From: Caldora sp.
GTDB lineage: Bacteria > Cyanobacteriota > Cyanobacteriia > Cyanobacteriales > Coleofasciculaceae
NCBI GenBank assembly: GCA_965222765.1
Contig: CBDCVG010000043.1
Coordinates: 161,053 to 225,052, forward strand
DNA: 64,000 nt
Direction of reading: 5' to 3'
Shown here piece by piece: positions 39,741 to 50,865 of this stretch. The position numbers and the translations under genes were made by a program. Position 1 is the stretch's first letter. Every line of letters begins with the position of its first letter. The notes under the pieces were generated by a model that ran no database searches, was not told the origin of the DNA, and saw only the letters and a program-made list of their open reading frames with translations.

Positions 39741-40359
39741 TTATCAAGCTGCGCCATGCTAGGGATTGCCAGATTTAAGTCCTTATAACGGTAAAATTAT
39801 TGGTGATTCCAACTTAATTATTGAATATTTTCAGAAAACTTTAGGAATTGATCTTGATAAACATTTAAGCAAGGAAGAACAAGCCATTTCTCTTGCTTTT
39901 CGGCGGCTAATAGAAGAAAATCTCTACTGGGTTGCTATTTACTATTCTTATGCAATAGAAGAAAACTGGCAAATCTACAAGACAGTTATGGAAAAACTGT
40001 TCAACCAACTACCAGAATCAACACGCTATGAGCTCTTTGAAGAGTTACGCGACCAAATATTAAAGGAATGTTGGGGTCAAGGTATGAGTCGTCATTCTGA
40101 ACAAGAAATTTTTGAAATTGGCGAGCATGACTTGTCGGCTTTGTCTGATTTTTTAGGAGATAAACCATTTTTCATGGGAACAGAACCAAGCACTCTAGAT
40201 GCAGTTGCTTATGGTTTTTTAGCACGCATCATTGGTGATTCTTTGCAAACACCAGTAAAAATATATGCTCTTAAACTTGGGAATATTAAACCATTTTGTG
40301 AACGAGTGAGGTCAAAATTTTACACAGAAGAAGAAACCAAACTGTGGCAAGAAAAGTAG
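39741..40359 (+). pseudogene. GST-like (GST_N_4/GST_C, metaxin-like) gene with an in-frame TAG and an internal N-terminal deletion
   Basis: The frame reads IIELYQAAPC*GLPDLSPY then NGKIIGDSNLIIEYF.... The family consensus LYQF..GLP..SPF...(~35 aa)...NGKIIaDS is interrupted by a stop at 39769..39771, and the thioredoxin-fold core is missing. Confidence 0.5.
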
Positions 40360-40511
40360 GTTAGCTGAAGTAAAGCGACATCCAAGCCAAAACCCTCTGC
40401 TGTTAGGATCTGCTTTGGCTTTTGTTCGAGAGATTTTGAGCCAAAGTTGTGGAAACGCTTCACCCAATCTACAGTTGGATGGGTTGGGCTAGCTCGTCAC
40501 TCCGTTAGTTT

Positions 40512-41459
40512 ATGACCTTTCCTTACCGCCAGCGCCTCTCCCAAATCATTCCAGTTATCATTGGGTTTGTCCTGTTTGCTTTCTCCCTTTGGACAATTAG
40601 TCAAGAACTTCACCAGTACCCTCCTCGCCAAATTCTCGAACACCTTAAAGCAATTCCTCAGCAATCTCTTTTGATTGCAGTAGGTTTAACTCTGCTAAAT
40701 TACATGACGCTTACCGGTTATGACACCTTGGCAGTAAGCCTAGTGCGTCACTCCCTAACTTACCGTCAAACAGCGCTGGTGGCTGCCATCAGCTATGCCA
40801 TTAGCAACAATTTAGGTTTTACCCTGCTCAGTGGTGGTGCCATTCGCTATCGTTTCTACACCCGATGGGGACTTTCCGTAGTCAAGATTGCTCAAATCAT
40901 TGCCTTTTGCAGCCTCAGCTTTTGGATTGGGATATTTACTGTCGGAGGAGTCCTATTTCTAGTTAATCCCCTCATAGTTCCTGACTTACTCCATTTACCT
41001 TTTGATTCTGTTCATTCCTTGGGAGTTCTTTTCTTAGCCTGTATCTTGGGGTATTTAGGGTGGAGTGCAGTTAATACCAAGAAACGACTGCGAATTGGGA
41101 GTTGGGAGTTGCCTCACATTCCCCTTAGACTGGCATTGGCTCAAATTTTAGTGACTGCGGCTGATTGGACACTGGTAGCTGGGATATTGTACCTCCTTCT
41201 CCCTGCATCAATATCCATATCTTACTCTAGTTTTTTGGGTATTTATCTGCTCGCTAAGCTAACAGTAATTATTAGTAATGTTCCTGGTGGGCTTGGAGTT
41301 TTTGAAACCGTAATTCTGTTGCTATTACCGCCTCCTGTTACCTCTATTGATTTACTTGGTACTCTCTTAGCTTATCGCGGTATCTACTATTTTCTACCCT
41401 TAGCGATCGCACTTTTGCTGCTAAGTTTATATGAATCAAAGCAGCGATTTTGGAAATAA
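40512..41459 (+). CDS. UPF0104 / lysylphosphatidylglycerol-synthase-TM-like (flippase-like) integral membrane protein
   Basis: 315 aa with about eight TM helices, matching this family's pattern. Confidence 0.55.
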   Translation: MTFPYRQRLSQIIPVIIGFVLFAFSLWTISQELHQYPPRQILEHLKAIPQQSLLIAVGLTLLNYMTLTGYDTLAVSLVRHSLTYRQTALVAAISYAISNNLGFTLLSGGAIRYRFYTRWGLSVVKIAQIIAFCSLSFWIGIFTVGGVLFLVNPLIVPDLLHLPFDSVHSLGVLFLACILGYLGWSAVNTKKRLRIGSWELPHIPLRLALAQILVTAADWTLVAGILYLLLPASISISYSSFLGIYLLAKLTVIISNVPGGLGVFETVILLLLPPPVTSIDLLGTLLAYRGIYYFLPLAIALLLLSLYESKQRFWK

Positions 41460-41500
41460 ATAGGGTTTGCTGAATAAGTCGTAACTTTCTGGTTTGAATA

Positions 41501-41578
41501 GGTGTTAGGTAGTAGGTGGTAGGTGGTAGGTAAGGTTTTAGGTTTTAGGTTTTAGGTTTTAGGTTTTAGGTTTTAGGG
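41501..41578. repeat. STRR tandem heptamers (GGTGGTA then AGGTTTT x6)
   Basis: Visible directly. Confidence 0.9.
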
Positions 41579-41696
41579 ATTTTCCACTGGCGGTGCAAGG
41601 TTTTTGCATCGATGGGCTCAAAAAGCTTGCACTTTTTTTGCTCATAAATGCCTGTAAGGCTTGTCTGGCATAGCTTCCACACTTATACAGCAAACC

Positions 41697-41737
41697 CTAA
41701 TTATCAATTATCAATTATCAATTATCAATTATCCATT
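41697..41737. repeat. STRR tandem heptamers (AATTATC x5)
   Basis: Visible directly. Confidence 0.9.
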
Positions 41738-41768
41738 GATAAATGGGATACCTAAGCTGGATTTCAGA

Positions 41769-43407
41769 TTACCAGGTAACTCGTCCATCCAACTTTTCAA
41801 GCAAACTTGGTCCTACCCCCGACACCTGATCAAAATCTTCTAAAGAAGTAAATTGCTTCTGCTGCCGTGCGCTAATAATTCGCTGTGCTAGTTTCGGTCC
41901 AATTCCTGGCAGTGTTTCTAATTCTTCTTGGCTAGCGGTGTTAAGGTTAACCAATTCTCCTATAGCAGAGATATTACTATTATTCGCCTGAGTTATTTGG
42001 GTACATTGTTGCTGCTGTTCGTTAATCTTGTCTAGCACCGCCATCGGTACTCCTTGTACTGCCTTGCTGTAGAGGCGCTCGAATTCCCGCTCAAAATGAG
42101 CTGCAACAGTAGAACTATTAATGACTAATACTGTTTCATCATTCTGATGATTTGCTGCTGCTGACCAATTGTGAGAACCTGTAATCACTGTTTGAGTGTC
42201 TATAATGCCAAATTTGTGATGTAAGACATCTCCTTGGGGTAACTGGGGTACACCAACAGTGGTAATTGCCTCTTGCCAAGGACGGTTATCAGTTTCGTAT
42301 TGACACTTATTACTTAAAGCCACCCCCATCAGATCCAACCCTTCACTGTAGTAGCGGTAAGCAAAGCCAGGATCAATTACAGCTCTTATCTGAATTCCCT
42401 GTTGATGCATAGTACCTAAGACATCTGCTAGCCGCTGCTCTGAGAAAACAAACAATGCTAAGTCTATACTTTGGGTAGCATTACTGAGAGTTTTACTGAT
42501 TAAACCATTACTACTTAAACTCCAAGGTTGTGTTGCTGAAATTGGGGAAAATTGCACACCAACGGTGGTATTTCCCAGTGTAACTTCTTGAACTGGTCGC
42601 AAGGGCTTATTGATGCCAAACCTACTGTCTGGTTTACCACCAGGACCATCTCCCCACATCAAGTTAAATTCCTGGGTGAAGACCCGCAGCAAGTTCGGAA
42701 CTTTCAATTTTCAGCAGATTGTTGGCATTGCCGCGACTGTCAGGAGCTGCGAAATCTCCATGTATACCACTAGTGGTGAAGTTGGCTGAGGTAACAAGTA
42801 AAATGCGTCCATCGACGATGAGAAACTTATGGTGCATTAAACCGCTACCCTTTGAACCATCTGCTGTATCATCAATTACTGGTACTCCAGCATTACGCAG
42901 GATTACCAAGCCATCTCCTTGGTTAATTTCAGTCGGACTGAGTTTGGCATCTTTATTAAGGTCTATGAGCCTCACAGCTTCATCGTAGTGCGCCCGCTCT
43001 CTTTGAGACAATTTTGTTAGTTCTGCTTCTGTAAGGTCACTCCAGGGGCGACTGTAGTTATTTTCTAAGATGACCCTTACCTCAACTCCAGCTTGCCGAC
43101 GCTCTGCTAGAGCCTGAGCAATTTTGGGTAAGCGTAACTCCTGAACTGCTAGATCTACAGTTGATTGAGCTGAGGCGATCGCTTCGACTATCAATTGCTC
43201 TAAATCATCACCTGGTCGCTTCAACTGTCGGTAAGGTTCTTGATAGTTTGTTGAGGGGGAATGGTTAAAGTAAGCCTCGACAAAAGCATCTTGGGGTAGG
43301 GGAGCTAGACGCTGAACCTTAGAACCTAGTCTTTGACAGCCGAAAAAGTTCAGTACTATCAGCAAAGCACCAGAAAAATATAAGGAATAGGGAGACAGTA
43401 AACGCAC
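41769..43407 (-). pseudogene. Secreted two-HKD phospholipase-D-family nuclease with a C-terminal ComEA-like helix-hairpin-helix domain, split by a frameshift near 42680
   Basis: The upstream ORF (43407..42664) has a lipoprotein-like signal and the HKD motif MHHKFLIVDGRILLVTSANFTTSG. The downstream ORF (42707..41769) has LHHKFGIIDTQTVITGSHNWS plus LNTASQEELETLPGIGPKLAQRII. The ORFs overlap by 44 nt, and removing 1 nt at GGGTCTTC joins ...ESSELAAG to FTQEFNLMW. Confidence 0.75.
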
Positions 43408-43596
43408 GCTAGTTTAATCTATAAAAACGAAAAACTATTAAAAAATGTAGCTTTTGGCAATTTAGCATCAACCGCCATTCATCCCGTCTCTATGGAGCTA
43501 TCCATTAGGCAAAAGTCCTCGAAACATTGATAGAGACTACGATGTAGAAACAAGTTGTGAACCTTCAAGCAAGTATCATAATACCTATGATAGGCT

Positions 43597-44804
43597 ATGG
43601 TAAAAAAGAAAGCTAAAAAGCAATCCAAGCGAAAAAAAGCACAAAAAGAGCCAAGCATCAGAACTGATGTTTGGCTGTTAGTGATGACGCAAGAGCAGCG
43701 CCGATTAGCATTTCTTACCGTAGCTGAGTATCGACATTTTCTGAAGGTCAAAAGACCTCGGCAGAGGGTTTTCAGACCAGGTTCGCCATCTCCACTACGA
43801 GCTGGAAGCATCGCTACGACAAACCTCCCAAATTGACCGCGATGTGCAACAGCTACCCAGCACTGTACAAAGGTCAACAAATTAAATATCATTCCAACTT
43901 CAACTGTGTTGAGCTGAAAGTATGGAATGGTACCGACTGGGTTTGGATGCACAATATACCCGTCAAAAAGCATGGTAAAAGTCGGCATACCACAAAGGGA
44001 GCAAAACTCTTATCTCCCTCTTTCATTGCCAACAACAGAAGCGTACATCTTTCGATGCTTGTTGAGATTAATCCTCAGCCGTTACCAGATTCGGATTATG
44101 TTTGTGCAATTGATATTGGCATAAACACCACAGCAACCTGCTCGATAGTTGGCAAGGACGGTACTGTAAAAGCTAGGAAATTCATAAATCCTGCCAGAGA
44201 CATAGACCGTCGTGACCAACGTAAACAGCGCATTGCTGCTAAATCAAAATTAACTCGGAAAATCACCAATCAAGACTTACCCAAGGGTTTCTGTCAAGGC
44301 TTATATCGAAAGTCCAAAAATATCAATAAACACATTGCTCAAACTGTTTCAAGGCAGATTGTTGAGTTTGCCCAAAAACATAATGTCAGTGTGATTGTGT
44401 TTGAAGACTTGTCGAATTGGAAAGCCAAAGGCCCGAAGCATGGGTCTTTACAGAAACAGCGCTTTCATCAATGGTGTAAGGACAAATTGGTTTAGCTGAC
44501 TCTTGAGAAGTTCTCCGAGTTGGGCGGGACACTGAGCAAGATTAATGCCAAGTACACCAGCGCTTATGCCTTTGATGGTAGTGGCTTAATCAAGCGGAGT
44601 AACAAGAAGTATTCCCAAGCCATATTTCAGAGCGGCAAGCGGTACAACGCGGACTTATCCGCTTCTTACAACATTGGCGCACGGTATTGGTACGCTATAT
44701 TAACAAATAGTAAATTTACTAGGGTGTGGGAAGGCAAAATTTCCTCCCACACGCTGCGAACGCCAGTGACGCTTAGTACCTTATGGGGTCTAAGCAAAGC
44801 CTAG
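43597..44804 (+). pseudogene. tnpB: IS200/IS605-family tnpB (OrfB) split into three frames, with a degenerate zinc finger
   Basis: The RuvC-I motif is CAIDIGINTTATCSIV, the RuvC-II region is SVIVFEDLSNWK, and the C-terminal piece is KYTSAYAFDGSG...YNADLSASYNIGARYW (the CxxC cysteines are replaced). Frame breaks lie at ~43836 and ~44500. Confidence 0.75.
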
Positions 44805-44944
44805 CATAAGAATCCCCATCCAGAATTTTTAATTGGGATGGGGTGCGTTCAATTAAGATAAATTGCAGGCGATCAAAATTGATCGTCAAGTTCCGAGAGA
44901 ATTAGTTAGGGGAATTGCTCACAGGGTAGCATTACTGCGCGGTT

Positions 44945-45352
44945 GTGGGCTTGGAACCGTACCGCCGTCCTATGCCCAGAAGAAAAAAGACATTTCCGTG
45001 CGGTCATAAGGGGTATGGTCAAACCTGCCACCGTTGTCAGCAAAAAGACAAAGCACGGGAAGAGAAAAAACAGCAAAAACAGGAGTGGGAGTCCACCTTT
45101 GCGGAAGACCCTATCGATTTAACTTGTCTTCCTATCCATGTGGTAGTCAAAGCTCGTGAAATCATTGCTGGCTTGGAAAGTCAGAAAAACTACAGGGAAT
45201 ATAATGGTAAGCGGTTGCGCCACAACCGTTGGATTGTCAGTATTCCAGTTACCAGGAACTACCGAATGCTCTGCCGAGATCAAGGTAGCCTGTTAATACC
45301 CCAAGCGGTTTTGTCTCACGAGGACTATAACGTAGATAAACCAGGGGGTTAG
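44945..45352 (+). CDS. Hypothetical protein with an N-terminal Cys-rich (zinc-ribbon-like) segment and a C-terminal RelE/ParE-like region
   Basis: The N-terminus is CGHKGYGQTCHRCQ and the C-terminus is NRWIVSIPVTRNYRMLCRDQGSLLIPQAVLSHEDYN, resembling the RelE/ParE consensus (yRiRvgdYRiiY...il.vgHR.dvY). Confidence 0.35.
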   Translation: MGLEPYRRPMPRRKKTFPCGHKGYGQTCHRCQQKDKAREEKKQQKQEWESTFAEDPIDLTCLPIHVVVKAREIIAGLESQKNYREYNGKRLRHNRWIVSIPVTRNYRMLCRDQGSLLIPQAVLSHEDYNVDKPGG

Positions 45353-45489
45353 TTATTGGGAATTAGTTATTGGGAATTGGGAATTGGGAATTGAAAATTG
45401 GTTGTTTTACTTTCCCTGTTCCCCTACTCTCTACTCCTCTGCTCCCTGCTCTCTGTTAGAAAGAAAGATAGATCGTCGCCTGAATAACC

Positions 45490-46664
45490 ATGCAAATTTA
45501 TCTCGACTACAGCGCCACAACCCCACCACGTCCAGAAGTAATTACTGCAATGCAAAAGGTACTAACTCAGCAGTGGGGGAATCCCTCCAGCTTGCACGAG
45601 TGGGGTCAGCAATCAGCAATAGTTGGTAGAAAGGGCGAGAATGCAAGTAGCTGGAGTTGATTAATGCATCAGCTGAGTCAGTTATTTTTACCTCTGGTGG
45701 CACTGAGGCGAATAATCTGGCAATCATGGGTATTGCTCACCGCTACAGATTACCTCAGCATTTAATTATTTCTAGTGTTGAACATTCAGCGATCGCTCAA
45801 CCAGTAGAATTGTTGGAACAGTGGGGTTGGGAAGTGACGCGGTTGCCAGTGGATAGCAAGGGACGAGTTAATCCGACTGATCTAGAGGCAGCACTACAGC
45901 CTAATACGGTCTTAGTTTCCATAATCTATGGTCAAAGTGAAGTTGGTACACTGCAACCAATTGATGCCCTTAGTCAAATTGCTCGCGATCGCAGCATCTT
46001 GTTTCATACTGATGCAGTTCAAGTTGCTGGACGCCTACCAATTGATGTGCAACATCTACCCATAGATTTACTTTCTATCTCCAGCCACAAGATTTATGGT
46101 TCCCAAGGAGCAGGGGCTCTATATATCCGTCCCGGTGTAGAATTAGTACCGCTCCTATCTGGTGGGGGTCAGGAATTGGGACTGCGTTCTGGTACCCAGG
46201 CAGTTCCTGCAATTGTTGGTTTTGGTGTAGCAGCAGAACTAGCCGCAACGGAAATGGTAAAAGAGACACCCCGGTTAATTAAATTGCGCGATCGCTTGTT
46301 TGAGCAGTTAGCTGACACCCCTAACTTAAAAGCTACAGGCTCTCGACTGCACCGCTTGCCTCATCACGTTAGTTTCTGTCTTACTAACATTTCTCCTTAC
46401 TCCAAGAAAGTTACTGGTAAAACCTTAGTGCGCCAGCTAAATCTTGCTGGGATTGGCATTAGTGCGGGATCTGCATGTCACAGTGGTAAACTCAGTCCCA
46501 GTCCTATACTGCGGGCAATGGGCTATAGTGACTCAGCTGCTCTGGGAGGTATTCGCCTAACTTTGGGAAGAGATACCACAGAAGCAGATGTGGACTGGAC
46601 AGCAATAGTTGTCAAGCAAATTCTAGAACGGCTGATGCCAGAACCTGTACTATCTCCAGTTTGA
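45490..46664 (+). pseudogene. Cysteine desulfurase (NifS/IscS family) carrying two +1 frameshifts 30 nt apart (~45624 and ~45656)
   Basis: Frame 1 reads MQIYLDYSATTPPRPEVITAMQKVLTQQWGNPSSLHEWGQQSAIVGRKGENASSWS*. Removing one G in GTTGGTAG and one in GGAGTTG gives ...[39 protein letters not shown]..., which then runs uninterrupted to 46664. Confidence 0.8.
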
Positions 46665-46807
46665 TTTCAGGTCTAGGAAAAATTTGTGTTGATTGGTGTT
46701 TAGGATTAGGAATAGGTAATTTATCAAATGAAGGTAAAATTACTTATTGCTATAGAGTAAAAATATTAAGAATCATATACTACTTCTTCACCAAAAAATT
46801 AAGATTA

Positions 46808-47545
46808 ATGGTTCAACTGCCCAACACTTTAGACGAAGCGATCGCACAAGCGAAACAAGCAACTCAAGCTGCCCTGAATGACGGTTACACTAGGGTGCAG
46901 GTAGAGTTAGTCTTTCCAGAAATAGCCCTCCAAGCTCAGTCGATTGCCCAGCAATTTATACCTATTTTTGAGGAGTATGGCTCAGGGCTCAAAGTCTTCT
47001 TTCCCGATACTGGAGCTGCTGCTCTAGCACGCCATGACTGGGGAGAAGTTCCATGTAAGACTACAGATATAGGAACTAGTCGGTCGCCAGTAAACAACAA
47101 AGTTGAACCAGAGGACAAGGCTTTTTTGATTGTTTCCCCTTCCTCAGTGGAAGTTAGTCAAGTTGAAAAACTTTGCAATCTTGCAGAGGAGCGCCCCTGT
47201 ATTTTGCTCAACCCTCAACTGGAAGATATCAGCATCGTGGGTATTGGCGTAGCGGCTCGCAAATTAAGGGAGCGTTTCCTCAACACTATTGAATCTTGTT
47301 ACTATCTCCGACCCCTAGATGGAGCCGCCATCATGCGAACCTATCCTGGGCTCTGGCAAGTTTGGTTAGAAACTGATGAAGAATATCAATTGATTGCCGA
47401 AGAGCCTCAAAAGCCAGTGGGAGAAGCTCTTGAGCAAATTCTTGCTCGAGCTAGGGGTATTAGTGAGGGTGACGGAGCACCAGCCCCCAAAAAGCCAGGA
47501 CTATTTAACAATCTTCAGCGCTTCTTAAATGCTCTGGGTCGATAA
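46808..47545 (+). CDS. DUF1995-like conserved cyanobacterial/plastid-lineage protein
   Basis: MVQLPNTLDEAIAQAKQATQAALNDGYTRVQVELVFPE... The upstream part of the ORF (from 46661) looks non-coding (low complexity). Confidence 0.5.
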   Translation: MVQLPNTLDEAIAQAKQATQAALNDGYTRVQVELVFPEIALQAQSIAQQFIPIFEEYGSGLKVFFPDTGAAALARHDWGEVPCKTTDIGTSRSPVNNKVEPEDKAFLIVSPSSVEVSQVEKLCNLAEERPCILLNPQLEDISIVGIGVAARKLRERFLNTIESCYYLRPLDGAAIMRTYPGLWQVWLETDEEYQLIAEEPQKPVGEALEQILARARGISEGDGAPAPKKPGLFNNLQRFLNALGR

Positions 47546-47732
47546 GCAATACAATCCAAATATCTTCTGTCTTCTTCCCTTGGAGCCCTCTGCCTCCTGC
47601 CTCCTGCCTCCTCAAAGGTTGGAGTAAAAGCTGATTGGTATCTTTCCAGTAAAGAACCTAGTCAAGTAGAGTAGAATAATTGCCCAGCCATATACTAAAG
47701 GCAAGCATTTGGAGTCAACAAGGGAACTAGAG

Positions 47733-49199
47733 ATGGCATCCATCCGCGAGTTGCATGAACAACTTATTCGCAAAGAACGCTCAGCTGTAGAAATTACCCA
47801 AGCAGCCCTAGATCGTATTCAGGCTCTAGAGCCACAAATACACAGCTTTTTACATGTGACCTCAGAATATGCCTTAGAGCAAGCAGGTCAAGTGGATGCC
47901 AAAATTGCAGCAGGGGAAGAAATTGGTCTGTTGGCAGGGATTCCCATTGGCATCAAAGATAACATGTGTACTCAAGGAATTCCTACTACCTGTGCTTCCC
48001 GTATCTTAGAAAACTTTGTGCCACCTTATGAGTCAACGGTGACCCAAAAGCTCAAAGATGCTGGAGCGGTAATGGTTGGTAAAACCAATATGGACGAGTT
48101 TGCTATGGGTAGTTCCACAGAAAACTCTGCCTATCAAATCACTGGTAACCCTTGGGATTTGTCTCGTGTTCCTGGTGGTTCTTCTGGAGGTTCAGCAGCA
48201 GCGGTAGCAGCTGAAGAATGTGTTGTAGCTCTTGGTTCTGATACTGGCGGCTCCATTCGTCAACCTGCTTCCTTTTGTGGGGTTGTGGGAATGAAACCTA
48301 CCTATGGCTTAGTTTCCCGTTACGGTTTAGTTGCCTATGCTTCTTCTCTAGATCAAATTGGTCCAGTAGCACGAACTGTAGAAGATGCAGCAATTTTACT
48401 CAGTGCCATCGCTGGTCATGATCCCAAGGATTCTACTAGTCTCAAAGTTAACACCCCTGACTACGCCAAACTACTCCAACCTGATTTTAAACCTAGAGGA
48501 CAAATTAAGATTGGCATTATTAAAGAAACCTTTGGCAATGGTTTAGACTCCGTAGTCGAACGAGCAGTAACTACAGCCATAGATCAGCTGCAAAACTTAG
48601 GAGCCGAAATTCAGATAGTTTCTTGTCCTCAATTCCGTTACGGTTTGCCTACTTACTACATCATCGCACCCTCAGAAGCATCAGCCAATCTTGCTCGCTA
48701 TGATGGTGTCAAGTATGGTTTTCGGGAAGCTAACTCTGACAATCTTCTCTCGATGTACACCAAAACTCGTGCTACTGGATTTGGTACAGAAGTCAAACGC
48801 CGGATTATGTTGGGAACCTATGCTTTGTCAGCAGGATACTACGATGCTTATTACCTCAAAGCTCAGAAAGTCCGCACCCTGATTAAACAAGACTTTGAGG
48901 GAGTTTTGGAAAAAGTAGATCTTTTAGTGTGTCCTACTTCTCCAACAACAGCATTTAAAGCAGGGGAAAAGACAGAAGATCCCTTAAGTATGTACCTCTC
49001 TGACTTGATGACCATTCCGGTAAACCTTGCTGGTTTGCCAGGAATCAGTATACCCTGTGGCTTTGATGAGCAGGGACTACCAATTGGGATGCAGTTGATT
49101 GGTAAAGTTTTGCGAGAAGACCAGCTGCTTAAGGTAGCCTATGCCTACGAGCAATCGACTAACTGGCAGATCAAAAAACCTATGCTGAAAACATTTTAG
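47733..49199 (+). CDS. gatA: Glutamyl-tRNA(Gln) amidotransferase subunit A
   Basis: [22 protein letters not shown]...[24 protein letters not shown]...[13 protein letters not shown], the amidase signature. Confidence 0.93.
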   Translation: MASIRELHEQLIRKERSAVEITQAALDRIQALEPQIHSFLHVTSEYALEQAGQVDAKIAAGEEIGLLAGIPIGIKDNMCTQGIPTTCASRILENFVPPYESTVTQKLKDAGAVMVGKTNMDEFAMGSSTENSAYQITGNPWDLSRVPGGSSGGSAAAVAAEECVVALGSDTGGSIRQPASFCGVVGMKPTYGLVSRYGLVAYASSLDQIGPVARTVEDAAILLSAIAGHDPKDSTSLKVNTPDYAKLLQPDFKPRGQIKIGIIKETFGNGLDSVVERAVTTAIDQLQNLGAEIQIVSCPQFRYGLPTYYIIAPSEASANLARYDGVKYGFREANSDNLLSMYTKTRATGFGTEVKRRIMLGTYALSAGYYDAYYLKAQKVRTLIKQDFEGVLEKVDLLVCPTSPTTAFKAGEKTEDPLSMYLSDLMTIPVNLAGLPGISIPCGFDEQGLPIGMQLIGKVLREDQLLKVAYAYEQSTNWQIKKPMLKTF

Positions 49200-49210
49200 T
49201 GTTGGGGGTG

Positions 49211-49236
49211 TAGAGACGTTGCATGGAACGTCTGTA
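49211..49236 (+). terminator. Hairpin TAGAGACGTT-GCATGG-AACGTCTGTA 12 nt after the gatA stop
   Basis: A 10-bp stem with one mismatch. It is related in sequence to the palindrome at 60409. Confidence 0.5.
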
Positions 49237-50163
49237 GGAGATCTGATATAACGGGGGTATGTATGCCGGGGGTGAAGAAATATGAAGTGGGATTTCAATT
49301 CTCCGCGTCCCCGTGTCTACAGTGTGTGCTTATTTTTCTCCCATGCCTTTTTTCCCTTACCCGTATGCCGGATTTTGTATGAAAACATCGTTGGAGTGCC
49401 ATGGAAGAGGATTTGCTGCCAACCAATAAACTTCTTGCACTAGCTCACAGGACAATGGTATAAAATTTAACATTGGGTCTGTTGGTAACTAATGGTGAAA
49501 AAAGTATCAAGGATACTACATTTTTTATTAATCAATTATAGGCTCTCACTTAGATAGTCTGTTAAACTTAAGTCAAACTAACAAGTTTTTAGTTATAACC
49601 AAACATCAGAGTGTAGTATTCTGCAATTATAGTTATTAAATTAGAGAATTATTACCCTCAGTAAACTTTGATCTCAATCAATAAGAACTATAGATTTACC
49701 CATAATGTGAATTAGATGCCCAAAACATACAACATTAATTGTTGTAGGGGGCGGGTTTAGGGTCACCGTAGGAAGCATTTGGCGACAATCTTAACACAAA
49801 ACCAGCCCCCTAGAATCGGTACAATTTAATTCACATGAGACGTGATTTAGTAATTTTGATAATATCTCTTCAAAAGTTATTAACTTGTCTCTTTGATTAT
49901 TAAAAATAATAATAATTTCTGTAAAAAACAGAGTATAAATTGCTTTGATTCTCTATTATCGCTTCCGAATCAAGGCAAAATTTAAGGTAGTATCCAGAAA
50001 TTTATATTAGTAAAAATTATCACCATCAATCCTGGAAAGAGCTTCTTTTTAGCACACAATAATATCTGATTGAGGAATAAGGTGTGGGGTGTAGGCAACA
50101 GAGACTTGCAGATGATGTGTAAGTTATTATTTAAGCAATCTTAGCAAGTCAGGTGTCAAAAAA

Positions 50164-50865
50164 ATGACATGTCAAACAGGGCAAGTAAAGTGCAAAAAAC
50201 ATCGCGGGGGCAACAGAATGAAAGAAACCACCCTTAGAGAAAACAAGAGACTACTCCTAATTGATGATGATCCCAACCTCATTTTGCTAGTTAAGGACTA
50301 CTTAGAGTTTCAAGGTTATCAAGTAGTAACTGCTACCAATGGCCTAGAAGCACTTTTAGTGTTAGAGGACAAAACCCCTGACATGATCATTTGTGATATC
50401 ATGATGCCAGAGATGGATGGTTATACTCTAGTTGAGCAAATTAGGCAAGACCCTCGCACTAGTTGGATTCCTGTGCTATTTCTTTCAGCAAAGGGTCAAA
50501 CTCAAGACCGTGTCAAGGGGCTAAATATAGGTGCTGATGTCTACATGGTGAAGCCATTTGAGCCAGAAGAACTAGTAGCACAGGTAGAATCTTCTCTCAA
50601 GCAAGCTAAACGTCTAATTTATCGCTCAGTTATAGGAACAGAAGCAGAATCGGCAAACTCAGTTCCTAGAGATATTGAGTTGACTCGAACAGAGTTGAAA
50701 GTACTCCAATTAGTAGCACAGGGTATGGCTAACAGGGAAATTGCTAAGCATTTAAAAGTCAGCCAGAGGACAATTGAAACCCATGTATCTAATATGTTGA
50801 GTAAAACCCATCTCCATAACCGCACTGAGTTAGCACGTTGGGCGATAGACAACAGAGTGGTATGA
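50164..50865 (+). CDS. NarL/FixJ (LuxR-HTH) family response regulator
   Basis: The receiver is LLLIDDDPNLILLV...DMIICDIMMPEMDG...MVKPF and the LuxR HTH is LTRTELKVLQLVAQGMANREIAKHLKVSQRTIETHVSNMLSK. An alternative start MKETT is at 50218. Confidence 0.85.
   Translation: MTCQTGQVKCKKHRGGNRMKETTLRENKRLLLIDDDPNLILLVKDYLEFQGYQVVTATNGLEALLVLEDKTPDMIICDIMMPEMDGYTLVEQIRQDPRTSWIPVLFLSAKGQTQDRVKGLNIGADVYMVKPFEPEELVAQVESSLKQAKRLIYRSVIGTEAESANSVPRDIELTRTELKVLQLVAQGMANREIAKHLKVSQRTIETHVSNMLSKTHLHNRTELARWAIDNRVV

Noticed and set aside
43479-43988. 169-aa minus-strand ORF
   Set aside because: It is antisense to the tnpB N-terminal segments, and its translation is Cys/Phe-rich nonsense.
49200-50163. Looked for tRNA or other structured RNA genes in the long AT-rich gap (and elsewhere)
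   Set aside because: No cloverleaf-compatible segment with GTTC / T-loop and acceptor pairing was found by eye. A tRNAscan/Infernal run would be needed to exclude one.
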